NCBI GenBank assembly: GCA_965209055.1
Contig: OZ242374.1
Span: forward strand, 4,544,001-4,608,000
Source of the DNA: Acidobacteriota bacterium
GTDB lineage: Bacteria > Acidobacteriota > UBA6911 > RPQK01 > JAJDTT01
Reading direction: 5' to 3'
DNA length: 64,000 nucleotides
In this document: piece by piece, positions 61,527 to 64,000 of the stretch
Layout: each line of letters starts with the position of its first letter
Numbering within the stretch: the first letter of the stretch is position 1
Notes under the pieces: generated by a model
Told to the model about the DNA's origin: nothing
The model's database searches: none
What the model saw: the letters and a program-made list of their open reading frames with translations, nothing else
Program-made: the position numbers and the translations under genes

Positions 61527-63178
61527 GAATCGGCCCCTGCCTCCTGATCCTCTCCCTGGTTCCGTCCGGAGACGGCCTGGCCAACGCGGAGACCCAGGGG
61601 GGTGTTCCCCGGTTTACGGACCGGACGCGGGAGGCCGGAATCGACTTCCAACACCACAACGGAGCCCGGGGGGGCTACCATCTCTTGGAGATCATGGGAT
61701 CCGGCGGCGCCCTGCTGGACTTCGACGGAGACGGCTACCTGGACCTTTTTGTCGTCGCCGGAAGCAGTATCCCTCCACGAAACAATGAAGAATCCCGCAG
61801 CCGACTCTACCGGAACCGGGGGGACGGCACGTTTCGGGACGTCACGCAGTCGTCCGGCCTGCTGATTCGAACCTACGGGATGGGGGCGGCGGCCGGAGAC
61901 TACGACAACGACGGCGACCCCGACCTCTACGTCACCGGGTATCCCCGGAGCTACCTGTTCCGGAACCAGGGAGACGGCCGTTTCCGGGACGTCTCCCGAG
62001 AGGCGGGCGTCGAAAATGCGGGGCACTGGGGCTCCAGCGCCGGATTCTTCGACTACGACCGGGACGGACTCCTGGATCTGTTCGTCTGCAACTACGTCGG
62101 CTACGATCCCGGCGACGAAACTCCCTGTCACACCGCCGGCCGCAGGAACTACTGCCACCCCACGACCTTCGAGACCGATGCCAGCGTGCTGTACCGGAAC
62201 CAGGGGAACGGCAGGTTTCAGGACCGGAGCAAGAGCAGCGGCATTGGCCACGCGCAAGGGAAAGCCTTGGGCGTGGCCTTCACCGACTTGGAGCCGGACG
62301 GATATCCGGACGTCTTCGTGGCCAACGACACGGTGGCGGACTTCCTGTTTCGGAACAACCGCGACGGCACGTTTCAGGAGGTGGGCTTCGACCAGGGGGT
62401 GGCTCTGGACGAGAACGGCCATCCCCGGGCCGGAATGGGGGTCGACTTCGGCGACTACGACGGAGATGGCCGGATGGATCTCCTGGTGACCAATTTCGCT
62501 GACGAGGGGAACGCCCTCTTCCGCAGGGCCGGGGCCTACTTCAACGAGGTCACCTACCAGTCGGGCATCCTGGAGAAAAGCTACGTCAAGGTGGGATTCG
62601 GGGCCCGTTTCTTCGACTACGACAACGACGGAGACCTGGATGCGTTCGTCGCCAACGGCCACATCGATCCCACCATCAACCAGCTCCGCGATTACGTCTT
62701 TTTTCGCCAGGAGAACCTGCTGTACGAGAATCGGGAGCGCAGTTTCCGGGAACGCTCCGGCGAGGCCGGCTCCTGGTCGCAGGTGCGGGACCTGAGCCGG
62801 GGCGCCGTCTTCGGAGACCTGGACAACGACGGCGACATAGACATCGTGGTCACGAACAACGGGGGGCCCGTCAACCTGCTGCGAAACGATTCAGTCAACC
62901 GGAACCATTGGCTCCTGATCCGGCTGGAAGGAGTCGACAGCAATCGGGACGGGCTGGGGGCCCGGATTCGGGTCCGTGTCGGGGGCCGGGAACTGCACCG
63001 GGAGGTCCAACGGGCGGCCAGCTACCTTTCCAGCCACGACCCCAGGGTGCATCTGGGACTCGGCCACTCGGACGTCGCGGAGCTGGTGGAAATTCACTGG
63101 CCCTCGGGGAACCTGCAGAGTCTCCACAACGTCACGGCCAATCAGATCCTGACGGTTCGGGAGAAAACCGTCCCATGA
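61523..63178 (+). CDS. CRTAC1-family (FG-GAP repeats + ASPIC/UnbV) protein
   Basis: DFDGDGYLDLF repeats, LYRN.GDGTF.DVT, SRGAVFGDLDNDGDID, SNRDGLGA, SYLS..DPRVHLGLG, WPSG. Confidence 0.92.
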   Translation: MRIGPCLLILSLVPSGDGLANAETQGGVPRFTDRTREAGIDFQHHNGARGGYHLLEIMGSGGALLDFDGDGYLDLFVVAGSSIPPRNNEESRSRLYRNRGDGTFRDVTQSSGLLIRTYGMGAAAGDYDNDGDPDLYVTGYPRSYLFRNQGDGRFRDVSREAGVENAGHWGSSAGFFDYDRDGLLDLFVCNYVGYDPGDETPCHTAGRRNYCHPTTFETDASVLYRNQGNGRFQDRSKSSGIGHAQGKALGVAFTDLEPDGYPDVFVANDTVADFLFRNNRDGTFQEVGFDQGVALDENGHPRAGMGVDFGDYDGDGRMDLLVTNFADEGNALFRRAGAYFNEVTYQSGILEKSYVKVGFGARFFDYDNDGDLDAFVANGHIDPTINQLRDYVFFRQENLLYENRERSFRERSGEAGSWSQVRDLSRGAVFGDLDNDGDIDIVVTNNGGPVNLLRNDSVNRNHWLLIRLEGVDSNRDGLGARIRVRVGGRELHREVQRAASYLSSHDPRVHLGLGHSDVAELVEIHWPSGNLQSLHNVTANQILTVREKTVP

Positions 63179-63278
63179 GTTGTGGAGCGACGGTTTCCTA
63201 ACCGCCGACCGGGACCGGCGGCTTTCTTGCCGCCGGACTCCGATGAAACAATAGACCACACAAGAAACGGCCGCCGAA

Positions 63279-64000
63279 ATGAAGAGGTTGCTCCAAAAAT
63301 CCGATCTGGTGAGTTTTCTCCGTGCAGGGGGCGTGGACCAGACCCGCCTCCTGATGATGCACAGCTCTCTTCATAGTCTGGGCCGGGTCGACGGCGGCGC
63401 CGAGACCGTGATCGATTCCGTGCTGGAGGTCCTGGGAGAGGACGGCACTCTGATGGTCCCCACCTTCAACTACGTCCTGGAGATGGACGTTTTCGATCCC
63501 GCGACCGTACATTCCCAGACGGGCCTGGTCACCAACACGCTGCGCAAGCGCCCGGACTCCGTTCGGAGCCTCCATCCCACCTATTCGGTGGCCGCCATCG
63601 GCCGCCAGGCCGAAGAGTTCACCCGGGAGCACTGGAAGGCGGAATCCACGGGCATCGACTCCCCCATCGACCGGATCGCCCGGGCCGGTGGTTTCATCCT
63701 GCTGCTGGGGGTCAAGCACGACACCGACTCCACCATGCACGTGGGAGAGGCTTACGCCCAAGTTCCCTACCGGGGAGTTCCCTACGACCCCGACTTTCCC
63801 CGAACATCCCAGGTGAGGACGCCCTCCGGCGAGGTGGTGAACGTGGACCTGAACGACGAGCCGGGCTGCAGCACCGGATTCGGCGTCATCGAGATGCCCC
63901 TCAGACAGAAGGGTTTGATCCGGGACTTCAAGATCGAGGCCTCGAAGTGCCAGTTGGTGAGAGGCCTGGACGTCATCGAGACCACGGTGGAAGTCCTCAG
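63279..64000 (+). CDS. AAC(3) family N-acetyltransferase-like protein (3' truncated; absent from the ORF track)
   Basis: MKRLLQKSDL..MHSSLHSLG.VDGGAETVI..GTLMVPTF..RSLHPTYSVAAIG..SP....GG.ILLLGV...STMHVGE; open to the window end. Confidence 0.85.
   Translation, partial: MKRLLQKSDLVSFLRAGGVDQTRLLMMHSSLHSLGRVDGGAETVIDSVLEVLGEDGTLMVPTFNYVLEMDVFDPATVHSQTGLVTNTLRKRPDSVRSLHPTYSVAAIGRQAEEFTREHWKAESTGIDSPIDRIARAGGFILLLGVKHDTDSTMHVGEAYAQVPYRGVPYDPDFPRTSQVRTPSGEVVNVDLNDEPGCSTGFGVIEMPLRQKGLIRDFKIEASKCQLVRGLDVIETTVEVL

Noticed and set aside
63279-64000. AAC(3)-like gene as an acquired aminoglycoside-resistance determinant
   Set aside because: Host-like GC and no adjacent mobile element; the family includes many non-resistance enzymes.

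Overview
High-GC bacterial chromosome segment. Gene content (GWxTD protein, PSD1/DUF1553 + DUF1501, CRTAC1/ASPIC-UnbV, multiheme-TPR, CehA/McbA hydrolases, BNR/propeller proteins) suggests Acidobacteriota; this is inferred from gene content only. Housekeeping-type genes: an RpoD-like sigma factor, an E. coli-type frdABCD, hflKC, avtA and recQ. Many secreted hydrolases and transporters are also present. Highlights: (1) a four-gene operon headed by a P1B-type metal ATPase fused through a heptad-periodic His-rich linker to an HflK/SPFH domain, followed by its own HflC- and HflK-like genes; (2) an intact IS110 element whose ~90-nt left end folds into a single internal-loop hairpin carrying apparent donor guides (ATGGATAC / ACAAG), with a predicted 17-bp circle-junction promoter; (3) a 4.6-kb decayed island (12.19-16.77 kb) lying between two halves of a MITE whose intact copy is at 37.58-37.74 kb. 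The island holds a tRNA 5' fragment, an integrase remnant, nuclease/HATPase/M48 remnants, an IS1182-like pseudogene and one intact low-GC HEPN gene; (4) an MNT-HEPN pair whose HEPN gene is broken at the conserved Tyr. All family calls are by motif recognition; no database search was run.
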